Shown here one piece after another: positions 1 to 7,532 of a stretch of 40,543 nucleotides of DNA. The translations under genes and the position numbers were made by a program. The notes beneath the pieces are model-generated. The model was given only the letters and a program-made list of their open reading frames with translations. It made no database searches and was not told the DNA's origin. This stretch comes from a virus, in the IMG/VR virus record IMGVR_UViG_3300002460_000077, positions 1 through 40,543 of that record. The stretch is one strand, 5' to 3'. Within the stretch, counting starts at the first letter, position 1; the number at the start of each line of letters is the position of its first letter.

Positions 1-95
1 GATCAGCAGGTATATCTCCCGCGTTGTCAGCAGCCACAATCCACATGGATATAAGTTGTCCCTTTTCTGCATCTGACAAGCTGGCCCATTTCTGG
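1..95. repeat. Terminal direct repeat, copy 1 (identical to 40449-40543)
   Basis: All 95 nt GATCAGCAGGTATATC...GGCCCATTTCTGG recur exactly at the other end of the window; implied unit length 40448 bp. Confidence 0.95.
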
Positions 96-196
96 CTTGT
101 CATCAAGGAGCGGTGTACTTTTATCCACGGAGGTGCGCCCCTGTCTGTCCTAAACGTTTGCCATACTCCCCAATCGTGGACGCGCAACTTCTTCAT
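1..196 (-). CDS. Hypothetical protein, 5' part of a 93-aa ORF that continues across the window junction (rest at 40363-40448)
   Basis: ATG at 196 overlaps the upstream stop (ATGA). Hand translation MKKLRVHDWGVWQTF...WIKVHRSLMTSQKWASLSDAEKGQLISMWIVAADNAGDIPADPFFLRKICQLDAEPDLEKFISLGFLTPP stays open through the junction. Confidence 0.5.
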   Translation of the reverse strand, partial: MKKLRVHDWGVWQTFRTDRGAPPWIKVHRSLMTSQKWASLSDAEKGQLISMWIVAADNAGDIPAD

Positions 197-393
197 GGTT
201 TGCGCATCCAACAAACAAACCTTTCGCATCCAGCACATACTACTTTCCCGTGATGTGGGCCAAATGGTCCTATTTCTACAGGATGTGGTGGCATAGTTCC
301 GCAATACTTGCACGGCGATATAGCGGGGTGTTGGTGCGGGGGGTCAGGCGGGAACATCTGGTCGAGTTCTGCTTTTGTGATAGGTGTGCTCAT
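193..393 (-). CDS. Small zinc-ribbon-like protein (CxxC...CxxC), 66 aa
   Basis: ATG preceded by GAGG SD; CKYCG and CAGCE cysteine pairs; stop coupled to the next start. Confidence 0.55.
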   Translation of the reverse strand: MSTPITKAELDQMFPPDPPHQHPAISPCKYCGTMPPHPVEIGPFGPHHGKVVCAGCERFVCWMRKP

Positions 394-408
394 TGTCCAA
401 CCTCAATA

Positions 409-544
409 CCCAAAAAAGAACCGACTTGAGGTTTGACTGACCAAGCAAGGTGAACGGAGACAAGCATCAAGGATGACGCAAGGCAGGGGTCTTGTTTAGC
501 CGTATGGTCTTTCTCCACACTCAACAAATCGGTTCTTTTTTGGG
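409..544. repeat. 16-bp perfect inverted repeat (409-424 CCCAAAAAAGAACCGA / 529-544 TCGGTTCTTTTTTGGG) enclosing 104 bp
   Basis: Arms are exact reverse complements. TTGAG/CTCAA and GACC/GGTC pairings extend the stem inward. Confidence 0.9.
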
Positions 545-659
545 CGTTCAGGTGCATTTCGTCTCCGTTCATGTTTTTGCATTCACGGCTTGTCAAGTTC
601 CGTGAATATTACAACCGTATCACCGACTACCTGAAAAAGCAAACAAAAAACCCACTCCC

Positions 660-703
660 AAAAAAGGGCGATACCTGTCAATTCAGGTCGAACTGGTGCG
701 CCC
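660..703 (-). terminator. Putative intrinsic terminator after the methyltransferase gene
   Basis: Minus strand GGGCG...ACCTG-aattga-CAGGT..CGCCC followed by TTTTTT; lies in a 239-nt intergenic gap. Confidence 0.4.
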
Positions 704-835
704 GCGTATGCTAACAATCCCGCTTTTCTTTAGGCGTTCCGGGTTAAAACTTACACCTGTACTGATTTCGTGTGGTGCCCACGGCGCGGGAAAGTGAAGG
801 AGGTGCGCTTGACTGGATCAGCACTGCCAGTGGTG

Positions 836-1489
836 TTAAAACATGCTTATTTGCGCTGTAGCCTTGTTAAAACGGCGGACTGCCGCATCGTAATATTCTT
901 TGTCCAACTCGCACCCCACGAAATCAAAGCCGAAATTATGCGCCGCAATCGCGCTTGATCCGCTGCCGAGGTGGGTGTCAAGTATTCGTTGGCCTGGCTT
1001 GGCGTAGTTGGTTAGGAGCCACTTGTATAGCTTTACTGGTTTTTGGGTTGGGTGTATTCGGGCCTCTTTGTTTTTCATATCTCCCTGCAGCATCCCGCTC
1101 CACTGAAACCGAAAATTTCTTACAGCGGTTTTAAAGCTCGTCCACGCTAGTTCGCTATCCGCGAAATCTGAATTTCCGGTAATCTTATCCCATACAATCC
1201 AACATGGGCTTGGTTTCGCAATCCGATCAATAAAGTGGTTTGCGCCCCATATAATCTGGTTTTTGCTTACCCTCAGCAGTTCGTTAAAATATTCCACTGG
1301 TGGTGGCTCTCTATCTCCACCTGAAAATGGTTTATAATTTTTTGCTATTGCCAGCTTACCTCGGCTAGCATTCCTGTCGCCGTTTTCGCCAATACCATAG
1401 GGTGGATCGCAAATAGCCAAATCAAACGCTTTGTCGGGCAGGGTTGCCATGAAGGTCATGCAATCTACATTGAGCAACTCAACGCCCAT
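836..1489 (-). CDS. DNA methyltransferase, beta-class N6-adenine/N4-cytosine (N6_N4_Mtase-like)
   Basis: DPPY motif (AICDPPYGIG) precedes the AdoMet motif LDTHLGSGSS; HPTQKP motif; GGGAGG SD before the ATG. Confidence 0.88.
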   Translation of the reverse strand: MGVELLNVDCMTFMATLPDKAFDLAICDPPYGIGENGDRNASRGKLAIAKNYKPFSGGDREPPPVEYFNELLRVSKNQIIWGANHFIDRIAKPSPCWIVWDKITGNSDFADSELAWTSFKTAVRNFRFQWSGMLQGDMKNKEARIHPTQKPVKLYKWLLTNYAKPGQRILDTHLGSGSSAIAAHNFGFDFVGCELDKEYYDAAVRRFNKATAQISMF

Positions 1490-1706
1490 CTTTTACCTCC
1501 CGGTGTAGCCGGTACACCAGACCATGCTCAACCTCATTGAACCGATGCACGAATGCGCCTTGATTCGCCCACGCAAGCACCTGTGAACATTCTGGACAAC
1601 CTGGGCAAGACCGGAGCTTGAGCAGGCGAAGGTGAACAAGCCGCTGGATTCCGCGCTTGGTTGTGCGGGTTGATATGTCCGCACGATATTTTAGTCCGAT
1701 GCACAT
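1479..1706 (-). CDS. Hypothetical protein, 75 aa (CPGCPEC motif)
   Basis: ATG at 1706 overlaps the upstream TAA (TAATG); the ORF ends 11 nt inside the methyltransferase start region; preferred over the 1493-1684 frame because of this coupling. Confidence 0.4.
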   Translation of the reverse strand: MCIGLKYRADISTRTTKRGIQRLVHLRLLKLRSCPGCPECSQVLAWANQGAFVHRFNEVEHGLVYRLHREVKDGR

Positions 1707-1903
1707 TATATCACCTCGATAGCATCTTTTGGAACTTCAAAAAACGGAGTTTCGCCATCTTTTAAAGTGACAGCCCTGCCATTACCTGACACACACCCGT
1801 ATGTATGCCCTGGAAACCCATATAATATTGTACCTGATTGGATATCGTTATCAAGCCACGGGCATTCGTCTGTGTAAATTTTGCGGATCACACGATATTT
1901 CAT
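1706..1903 (-). CDS. Hypothetical protein, 65 aa
   Basis: The true ATG at 1903 forms ATGA with the stop of the upstream 32-aa ORF; the track start at 1909 is TTG. Confidence 0.55.
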   Translation of the reverse strand: MKYRVIRKIYTDECPWLDNDIQSGTILYGFPGHTYGCVSGNGRAVTLKDGETPFFEVPKDAIEVI

Positions 1904-1998
1904 TGCCAAACCCCCATTTTTATGGCGATAAGGTTAGCCGCTAGAAGTAGGATTATAATTGCCATTGCTACGCGTTGCCAGGTGGGTAATGTTTTCAT
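1900..1998 (-). CDS. Small membrane peptide, 32 aa (MKTLPTWQRVAMAIIILLLAANLIAIKMGVWQ)
   Basis: ATGA coupling at both ends; one hydrophobic helix. Confidence 0.4.
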   Translation of the reverse strand: MKTLPTWQRVAMAIIILLLAANLIAIKMGVWQ

Positions 1999-2282
1999 GC
2001 CTTGATTGCCCCGGCGCGGACCGCATTTATAACAGTGCGCAGTGCCAGCTCCCATTGTTGCCCCCAATTCTCGCCGGTCCGGTGCATGGCATCGTGGTGT
2101 TTTCGGCATAGCGGCATGGTTGCGATATCATCGGCCTTTTGCGCCATCCCGCCAACTAACCCAACCCCCCGGATATGATGCGGCTCTGCTTCTGCTCCAC
2201 ACAGGATGCACGGTTGCGTTCTTACCCACTTAAGGTATTTCTCAGACCGCCACAGCTTGTCTTTCTGGAATAGCCCGCTCAT
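1995..2282 (-). CDS. DUF968-like phage protein (Cys/His nuclease-like motif)
   Basis: KYLKWVRTQPCILCG...HHIRG...K..D...PLCRKHHDAMH pattern; ATG at 2282 is ATGA-coupled to the upstream ORF. Confidence 0.55.
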   Translation of the reverse strand: MSGLFQKDKLWRSEKYLKWVRTQPCILCGAEAEPHHIRGVGLVGGMAQKADDIATMPLCRKHHDAMHRTGENWGQQWELALRTVINAVRAGAIKA

Positions 2283-2443
2283 TTCCGGCCCACCCGCAGT
2301 ATGAAGTGCAAGCAGTGTTCGCCCTCTTTGTAAAAGTCTTGCCACGATTGCATGAATTCACTAGGGGTAGCCGTGAATCTGGCGCACTTTTCTTTCCACT
2401 TGCAGCCGTCTTTTGCGTTTGAACATAGCGTTATGTCTGCCAT
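2279..2443 (-). CDS. Small Cys-rich protein, 54 aa
   Basis: MADITLCSNAKDGCKWKEKCARF; ATG at 2443 in a TGATG overlap with the upstream stop. Confidence 0.5.
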   Translation of the reverse strand: MADITLCSNAKDGCKWKEKCARFTATPSEFMQSWQDFYKEGEHCLHFILRVGRK

Positions 2444-2784
2444 CACAAAACCTCCGTTAAAACACGCCAACTTTTCAGGGCCATGCCGTCAAAAATTACC
2501 TCTACGGGGATTCCGACAAGGTTGTTCAAATCATGGACTTTTGCCTTAGACAAAAGAGCAGAAATATATCTCATAATTTCGTCGTACTGTGCGGACCTAT
2601 CTTGCTCGGTCCATTTTGTGCGTTCCCCGCATTGTATCATTTTTTCATCCCACGCAGACCTGTTATCACCAACACCCCAACCATCGCCACCCAAGGTGAA
2701 ATGTATACCGATACAAGCGTCTTGATACCCTCCGTGTCCGAAATATACAGACTTTATTTTGCCAAGCTCTTTTCTATCAGCCAT
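2443..2784 (-). CDS. Hypothetical protein, 113 aa
   Basis: ATG at 2784 (MADRKELGKIK) in a TGATG overlap; clean ORF in the operon. Confidence 0.6.
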   Translation of the reverse strand: MADRKELGKIKSVYFGHGGYQDACIGIHFTLGGDGWGVGDNRSAWDEKMIQCGERTKWTEQDRSAQYDEIMRYISALLSKAKVHDLNNLVGIPVEVIFDGMALKSWRVLTEVL

Positions 2785-3230
2785 CACTTGTCCTCCTTCT
2801 TTTCTGGTAGCGGGATGTAAAGCCCAAGTTCGGCCCATTCCTGGCAAATTGGCTCTATCATGTTATCCCAAAATTCTTGGGTATCGGTTTCCGTTGAAGA
2901 TCGTACCCGCATCAAATCATTCATCCCCGGCAAGTCGCATGTGTCGTAGCCCAGATATTTCTTCTTGTACCGGGTATGCAAATCATCCGCCGTGAAGGTT
3001 TGCCCGGTGGTGCTGAGAATGTACGCGATAATGGCCGGGTAGACAGCTGCCCAGAGGTACGCCCGTTGCTTGTTGGTAGATGGCTTGCGGTATTTCTTGA
3101 TTGCAACCGTGACCGTCTGCCCCTTGCCTATGGTGCCTAGGTGGTATGTCAGCAGGCGCGGCACGGAGTACGTCAGTTGCAGATTATCGGTTATGGTGGC
3201 AACCAGTTCCGGTTGTTTGTGGTCACTCAT
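2784..3230 (-). CDS. NinB/Orf-like recombination mediator (tentative)
   Basis: VTVAIKKYRKPSTNKQRAYLWAAVYPAI parallels the lambda NinB VVTIQERNRSLDQNRKLWACLGDV segment; GAGAGG SD before the ATG at 3230 (alternative ATG at 3257). Confidence 0.4.
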   Translation of the reverse strand: MSDHKQPELVATITDNLQLTYSVPRLLTYHLGTIGKGQTVTVAIKKYRKPSTNKQRAYLWAAVYPAIIAYILSTTGQTFTADDLHTRYKKKYLGYDTCDLPGMNDLMRVRSSTETDTQEFWDNMIEPICQEWAELGLYIPLPEKKEDK

Positions 3231-3299
3231 CTTGTGCCTCTCGCAAAATACCGCCATGTTTTACAATCTCTCTCGCGTCGAACCCGATAGGCAAGCGTT

Positions 3300-4049
3300 T
3301 TACACTTGCGTAATTGTACGGTCTGCAACCTCTGTTGCCATGTCTTTGTAGCTTTTAATCAAAATATTTGCTTTCGCTTGTATTGCTGGTGGCAAAGTGT
3401 CGATTGTTGGGCGAGCAATTTTCTCCCATTCATCAATGGCCGACAGAGTAGTCAGAGTGTCTAGCTTTGACTGTATGCGGGTCAAGGATTCATTAGCGGA
3501 TTGGTCGCGTAGTGCGTCCTTGGTTGGGTCTGCATTTTTTGTGTTGGGAATCAGCGGGGAATCAACCGACTCTCCATCAGAAAACAATGGAGCCTCACCT
3601 TTATGCCAAAGGTCAAGGGCCGCACCAAATCGCATGGCAGCGTTGCGCAGGGCATCACCGATTCGCTCTTTCATGGCGTTCCCGCCCGTCTTGCCTTGGG
3701 CATCACCATAGCCGAGGCGGGTCACTCCGCAGACTGTGAGCTTGATCCACATTCCGCCGTCTTTGTCGATTACCGGGTATCCATCCGTGCCAAGGGAAAG
3801 AAAGTCCCATGTCCAAGCTTCGTCAGCCTCAAGAAGCCGTGCTGTCAAGGCAGCGTGGCCCACAAAATCAAGATGCACTGTTTTCGATGTTGCATGGTAC
3901 CCGCCGCACTCCTTGCATGTTGCCTTTGGTAGTTTCTTCCATTCGTCGTTGGAGATTGTCGGCTTGGGAAGTTTGTTGATCTGCTCAGGCGGGAACGGGT
4001 CGCGTAATCGTGCAAGCCCTGCTCGTTTCTCTGCCGGTGTTTCCGTCAT
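3300..4049 (-). CDS. Rad52/Sak-family single-strand annealing protein
   Basis: CKECGGYH...LDFVGHAALTARLLEADEAWTWDF...LTVCGVTRLGYGD...IGDALRNAAMRFGAALDLWHKGE, the typical Rad52-like annealase signature; GGGAGA SD. Confidence 0.7.
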   Translation of the reverse strand: MTETPAEKRAGLARLRDPFPPEQINKLPKPTISNDEWKKLPKATCKECGGYHATSKTVHLDFVGHAALTARLLEADEAWTWDFLSLGTDGYPVIDKDGGMWIKLTVCGVTRLGYGDAQGKTGGNAMKERIGDALRNAAMRFGAALDLWHKGEAPLFSDGESVDSPLIPNTKNADPTKDALRDQSANESLTRIQSKLDTLTTLSAIDEWEKIARPTIDTLPPAIQAKANILIKSYKDMATEVADRTITQV

Positions 4050-4069
4050 GTCTATTTCTCCCGTGATTA

Positions 4070-4425
4070 TTATGCTTGCTTTATGTCCATTGCCCGCGAT
4101 TTTGCCCTTATCGCTTCCATGGATAGTTTTTTCCTTGGTGTCGTGTCATTCGATGGCCGTTTGAATTTTATCTTTTTGGCCTTTTTCTTCTTGATCTTCT
4201 TGGGTTTTCTCAGCCCATGCTCGATCATGTGGCAGTTGCCGCAAAGGATAATCAAATCTTCCGGTTCTTCATCACCGCCGTATCGGTCATAGGTCAGGTG
4301 GTGGACCTGGATTGATCTCGTTCGACCGCAAGACTCGCACCGCTTTCCGCGAAAGTGTAAAGGTCAGCACGAATCTTTGCCCATGCAGTGCTTGTCAAGA
4401 AACCAGTGGCCTTGTATTTTCTCAT
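4070..4425 (-). pseudogene. HNH endonuclease gene interrupted by a -1 frame change near 4349-4353
   Basis: Frame a (4425-4294) gives MRKYKATGFLTSTAWAKIRADLYTF then a stop. Frame b (open from 4363) gives RGKRCESCGRTRSIQVHHLTYDRYGGDEEPEDLIILCGNCHMIEHGL but has no start codon of its own. Confidence 0.7.
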
Positions 4426-4591
4426 AAAAAAGCCCCACCAGACAAAACCATTGGACTACCAGCCGGGAAGCAAGGGAGAGGTGGTTTATCTGATGGGGCA
4501 ATATGTGATTTCATTTTTTAGCTTCCCGGCTAAATGTGGTGCGTTGACTGCTTCTCTCATCTTAGCACCTTTATTTGCTGAATGTCAAATA

Positions 4592-4750
4592 CTAATTTTC
4601 CTCCTCCACCAAAACAAGCTCGGCGTAATTCCCCTTGAACGGCAAGAGCATATCTTCGTGGATTATTGCCACCAAATACCGCTCGTCCTCTGACCAAATC
4701 TCAAAAACTGCTTCGTCGGTGTCGTGGCGTTTTACTTTGAATAGCGGCAT
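4592..4750 (-). CDS. Hypothetical protein, 52 aa (not in the supplied track)
   Basis: Hand translation MPLFKVKRHDTDEAVFEIWSEDERYLVAIIHEDMLLPFKGNYAELVLVEEEN; GGGGG SD 5 nt upstream of the ATG. Confidence 0.45.
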   Translation of the reverse strand: MPLFKVKRHDTDEAVFEIWSEDERYLVAIIHEDMLLPFKGNYAELVLVEEEN

Positions 4751-4774
4751 ATCAACCCCCTAAAGTTTCGAATA

Positions 4775-5056
4775 CTATTTTGAAACCTGCCCGACAATTT
4801 CACTCTTTTTACCAACCGGCTCCCACATGGAAAACCCATAAAAATACACAGGGGCCACGACCGAAGAAAACAAGATTGCACCCCACACAATATTGCCCCA
4901 TACCAACTCATATTGGATTTTTTCGTTTTTCTTTTCATCCTTGCTGAGCAGCCCGTAGGTGTCATATTCTACCCCGTCAATTACCTTCGTGTTGGCGCAC
5001 CCGGAGAATGCCAACGAAACAACCACCAACACAATTATTGCGATTTTCTTTTTCAT
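4775..5056 (-). CDS. Lipoprotein with a C-terminal hydrophobic segment, 93 aa
   Basis: MKKKIAIIVLVVVSLAFSGC signal peptide with a lipobox-like cysteine; AGGAGA SD before the ATG at 5056. Confidence 0.65.
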   Translation of the reverse strand: MKKKIAIIVLVVVSLAFSGCANTKVIDGVEYDTYGLLSKDEKKNEKIQYELVWGNIVWGAILFSSVVAPVYFYGFSMWEPVGKKSEIVGQVSK

Positions 5057-5066
5057 TTCTTCTCTC

Positions 5067-5279
5067 CTAAAGTTTTGAATACTCAAAATCATCAATGGCG
5101 TTTTGCCCGCGCACCATTTCACGCCTGCTGCGGCCCATGTCCTCCTCTTCGTCTGGATTGAAGGGAATATGCGTACCGTTACATTCACGGCAAACCGGGC
5201 CGATGATGGTGCTGTACCATTGCTCGTCGTAATCGTATGCCGTGTGGCCGCATTCTGCACAGGTTATTTGTTTTGCCAC
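5067..5279 (-). CDS. Zinc-ribbon protein, 70 aa
   Basis: CAECG...CRECNG; GTG start preceded by a GGGAGAGAG SD. Confidence 0.6.
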   Translation of the reverse strand: MAKQITCAECGHTAYDYDEQWYSTIIGPVCRECNGTHIPFNPDEEEDMGRSRREMVRGQNAIDDFEYSKL

Positions 5280-5326
5280 GATCTCTCTCCCGGTTATGGG
5301 CTGCGTCGTGCTGCCCTGTTGTCTAA

Positions 5327-5356
5327 TGTATACCAGAGATTAAAACCTTTTGTCAA
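5327..5356 (-). promoter_or_regulatory. Putative sigma70-type leftward promoter (TTGACA-18-TATACA)
   Basis: The -35 lies in a 17-nt motif AAAATAAAGTTTGACAA (minus strand) identical to the one at 7913-7929. Confidence 0.4.
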
Positions 5357-5532
5357 ACTTTATTTTCATCTTGTTTCGTTAATTTATCTTTCCGTTCATC
5401 TCTCCGCCGTGCTGCCTTATTTTTCCTTGCATCCTCAGTTATAGAGAAGCTGCCGTAAATACTCTTACGATCCTGTTCCTCTGTTAGGTCAGAATTTAAC
5501 CAGTCAAACATCTCTGTTAGCCTGCCGCCCAT
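5353..5532 (-). CDS. Hypothetical basic protein, 59 aa (not in the supplied track)
   Basis: ATG in a TAATG overlap with the upstream stop; MGGRLTEMFDWLNSDLTEEQDRKSIYGSFSITEDARKNKAARRRDERKDKLTKQDENKV. Confidence 0.5.
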   Translation of the reverse strand: MGGRLTEMFDWLNSDLTEEQDRKSIYGSFSITEDARKNKAARRRDERKDKLTKQDENKV

Positions 5533-5729
5533 TAGGAATCCTCTTTCAATAAAAAGTCTGTGTCCGACTCAAACATGCCAGTTCTTAGGTTGTTGATAAT
5601 CTGATCTATGTTGTCGGTGGTTATTCCGGTTCCCACAAGGTCTTTCGCTACCACCCCCAACTTCCCATTTTTTATAAGCTTATCGTGTAAAATACGTTCA
5701 AGTGTTCCCTTTTTTGGTAAAATAAACAT
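5532..5729 (-). CDS. Hypothetical protein, 65 aa
   Basis: ATG at 5729 (MFILPKKGT) with an AGGAGA SD; the track N-terminal extension lacks an SD. Confidence 0.55.
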   Translation of the reverse strand: MFILPKKGTLERILHDKLIKNGKLGVVAKDLVGTGITTDNIDQIINNLRTGMFESDTDFLLKEDS

Positions 5730-5733
5730 AGAT

Positions 5734-5886
5734 TCATCTCCTAGAAAAATAAAGTTGCATCGTAACCGGGTGCATCTGCCAATAGCCAATTATGGCAGGG
5801 TTATATGTCTGGTGTAGGTGGTGGTATAGCATGGCCCCGGCTAGTATGGTGGTTAGTAGGGATATGATTATTTTGTCTGGGTTCAT
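5734..5886 (-). CDS. Small membrane protein, 50 aa (not in the supplied track)
   Basis: ATGA coupling to the upstream ORF; MNPDKIIISLLTTILAGAMLYHHL... has a hydrophobic helix. Confidence 0.5.
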   Translation of the reverse strand: MNPDKIIISLLTTILAGAMLYHHLHQTYNPAIIGYWQMHPVTMQLYFSRR

Positions 5887-6164
5887 TCCGGCCATCCAGA
5901 AATAAACCTAGAATTACGATCTTCTTTTAGGTAGTCTCCTCTCCCGGTGCTCCCGGCCATCCTCCACACGCTTACAGCAGACGATTCGGCCAACATGCTT
6001 TTTGCGTATTCAATGGCCGCTAAGTGGGCAGCTTTCCCGGTGGGATATTTTTGCCCCCTCCCGAAGGGGAATATAATTTGCTTTGTATCGTTCCTGTATG
6101 CTTCCGGACCGTATTCTGGGATCGAGACTCTTCGAGTAATATCTACTCCATAATAAAATTTCAT
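5883..6164 (-). CDS. Hypothetical protein, 93 aa
   Basis: ATGA-coupled at both ends. Confidence 0.6.
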   Translation of the reverse strand: MKFYYGVDITRRVSIPEYGPEAYRNDTKQIIFPFGRGQKYPTGKAAHLAAIEYAKSMLAESSAVSVWRMAGSTGRGDYLKEDRNSRFISGWPE

Positions 6165-6322
6165 TTGTCTGTCTCCATCTGAACAGCCCGTATCTCCGCC
6201 GTCTTATCCGCACACACAAACAGGTTGCCGAATATTACCACCGCCCACAATAGCAGGAATAGGGCGGCAATGGCTTCCGTGGTGCGGCGTTTCTTTGCTG
6301 CTTGGTCGGCAAATAAATTCAT
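6161..6322 (-). CDS. Small membrane protein, 53 aa
   Basis: ATG at 6322 is ATGA-coupled; AIAALFLLLWAVVIFGNLFV helix. Confidence 0.55.
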   Translation of the reverse strand: MNLFADQAAKKRRTTEAIAALFLLLWAVVIFGNLFVCADKTAEIRAVQMETDK

Positions 6323-6507
6323 TTGTTCCCCTCCAAGAGCATGTCTATAATAGAAAATCCGACAAGCACAACAACGAAAGTCGCAGTAATCCACGCCCGA
6401 TCAAAAACTCTTTCCCATGATGTAAACCCTGTACTTAAAAGAGTAGCCTGGGCAATAATCATTGACAAATAGCCAAAGAACAAATCTTTGTAGCTGATTC
6501 TTTTCAT
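6319..6507 (-). CDS. Small membrane protein with 2 predicted TM helices, 62 aa
   Basis: ATG at 6507 with a GAGGGAG SD; two hydrophobic stretches. Confidence 0.55.
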   Translation of the reverse strand: MKRISYKDLFFGYLSMIIAQATLLSTGFTSWERVFDRAWITATFVVVLVGFSIIDMLLEGNK

Positions 6508-6517
6508 AAGCACTCCC

Positions 6518-6760
6518 TCAGTTAATCTCGATAAAAGTAAGCTCTGCCGGTACAATCTGCCCCTTGCACTTCCGGCAAAACTTGGCATGTGGGTCGCCGC
6601 TGTTTTGCATTTCCTTTGCCTTTGCAGCCCTGCGCCGGGATAGGCAGAGTTTGTCCCAGGTTGGCCGGGTCATCTTCGTTTCAAGGCCGGATGTTATCGG
6701 GCAGATTTCGACATTGGTGCGCCAGAGTTGGGTTGTGGTGCCGGATCGGTGGGGGATCAT
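6518..6760 (-). CDS. Hypothetical protein, 80 aa
   Basis: ATGA-coupled start; C-terminal CRKCKG. Confidence 0.5.
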   Translation of the reverse strand: MIPHRSGTTTQLWRTNVEICPITSGLETKMTRPTWDKLCLSRRRAAKAKEMQNSGDPHAKFCRKCKGQIVPAELTFIEIN

Positions 6761-7521
6761 TTCGACACTCCTTTTATCTCAAGCGCCCTCGTTATTCCGC
6801 TGACCAGAGAACCGTTGTTAAGCCCAAGATTTTTATAAGCGATCCAGGCAATCAAAAGGTGCTGTACGGAATAGAAAGATTCGTGTAATTCGTGGCAGTG
6901 GTATAGAATTTCTTTAATGTTTATACGCCCAGTAGACGAACCGTTTTTATATTCATATGGATGGAACTTAATCACCCCCGCCTGTTCGCCATCAAAAGAA
7001 ACATCCCAATTGTCAAGCACCTTACCCCAAGGGAATTTGCTCATTTTGCAATCCTCCGCAGGGTCGATTCCGATCATTGCCTTTGCTCTGGCTATGGCGT
7101 GGTCTTTGTTGAGGTAGACAGTTCCACGGGCAAGCCGTAGATTATCCCAATGGTGGTAATCCCAATGACAACACGTTACAAGCTGGTTATCGTAAACAGA
7201 CGGTATAAAATATTCTGTACCATTTTTCGGTTCAGCAGTCTCCGGCGCAGGCACCTCGAACCCGTTTACCGTTATTGTCTTGGGGGTTATGGTGTAGTCG
7301 GAAAAATCAGCGTTAAAGTGTGGGTTGTTGGGTGGTTTTCCGCCGCATAAAATGTTGGCTCCCTCAGTAAACGGCACAATAATCGGCAATCTTTCTTTCC
7401 ACCATTTGCGCGAATACATTTCATCGATCATCTTGATCCGCCCGGCATGTTCGCAATTACGCTTGCATTTCCGGCACAATACCCCGTTCATGGTTGGTTC
7501 TCCTGTTTTGACGCAGTTCAT
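6757..7521 (-). CDS. Hypothetical protein, 254 aa, with an N-terminal Cys cluster
   Basis: Long clean ORF; CRKCKRNCEH at the N-terminus; no family recognised. Confidence 0.65.
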   Translation of the reverse strand: MNCVKTGEPTMNGVLCRKCKRNCEHAGRIKMIDEMYSRKWWKERLPIIVPFTEGANILCGGKPPNNPHFNADFSDYTITPKTITVNGFEVPAPETAEPKNGTEYFIPSVYDNQLVTCCHWDYHHWDNLRLARGTVYLNKDHAIARAKAMIGIDPAEDCKMSKFPWGKVLDNWDVSFDGEQAGVIKFHPYEYKNGSSTGRINIKEILYHCHELHESFYSVQHLLIAWIAYKNLGLNNGSLVSGITRALEIKGVSK

Positions 7522-7532
7522 CTTATCACCAA

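Noticed and set aside
390-596. 68-aa ORF from the track
   Set aside because: It starts with TTG inside a TTGACA box, has no SD, reads like non-protein sequence, and spans the 16-bp inverted repeat. More likely non-coding or structured.
1493-1684. 63-aa ORF in an alternative frame
   Set aside because: The 1479-1706 frame is start/stop coupled to both neighbours. This frame is not.
1900-2109. Full 69-aa version of the small membrane ORF
   Set aside because: Its N-terminal 37 codons overlap the DUF968-like gene out of frame. The internal ATG at 1998 forms ATGA coupling, so only the 32-aa version was kept.
4486-4560. 24-aa ORF (MREAVNAPHLAGKLKNEITYCPIR) with an AAGGTG SD
   Set aside because: It is plausible but too short to support from sequence alone and has no coupling to its neighbours.
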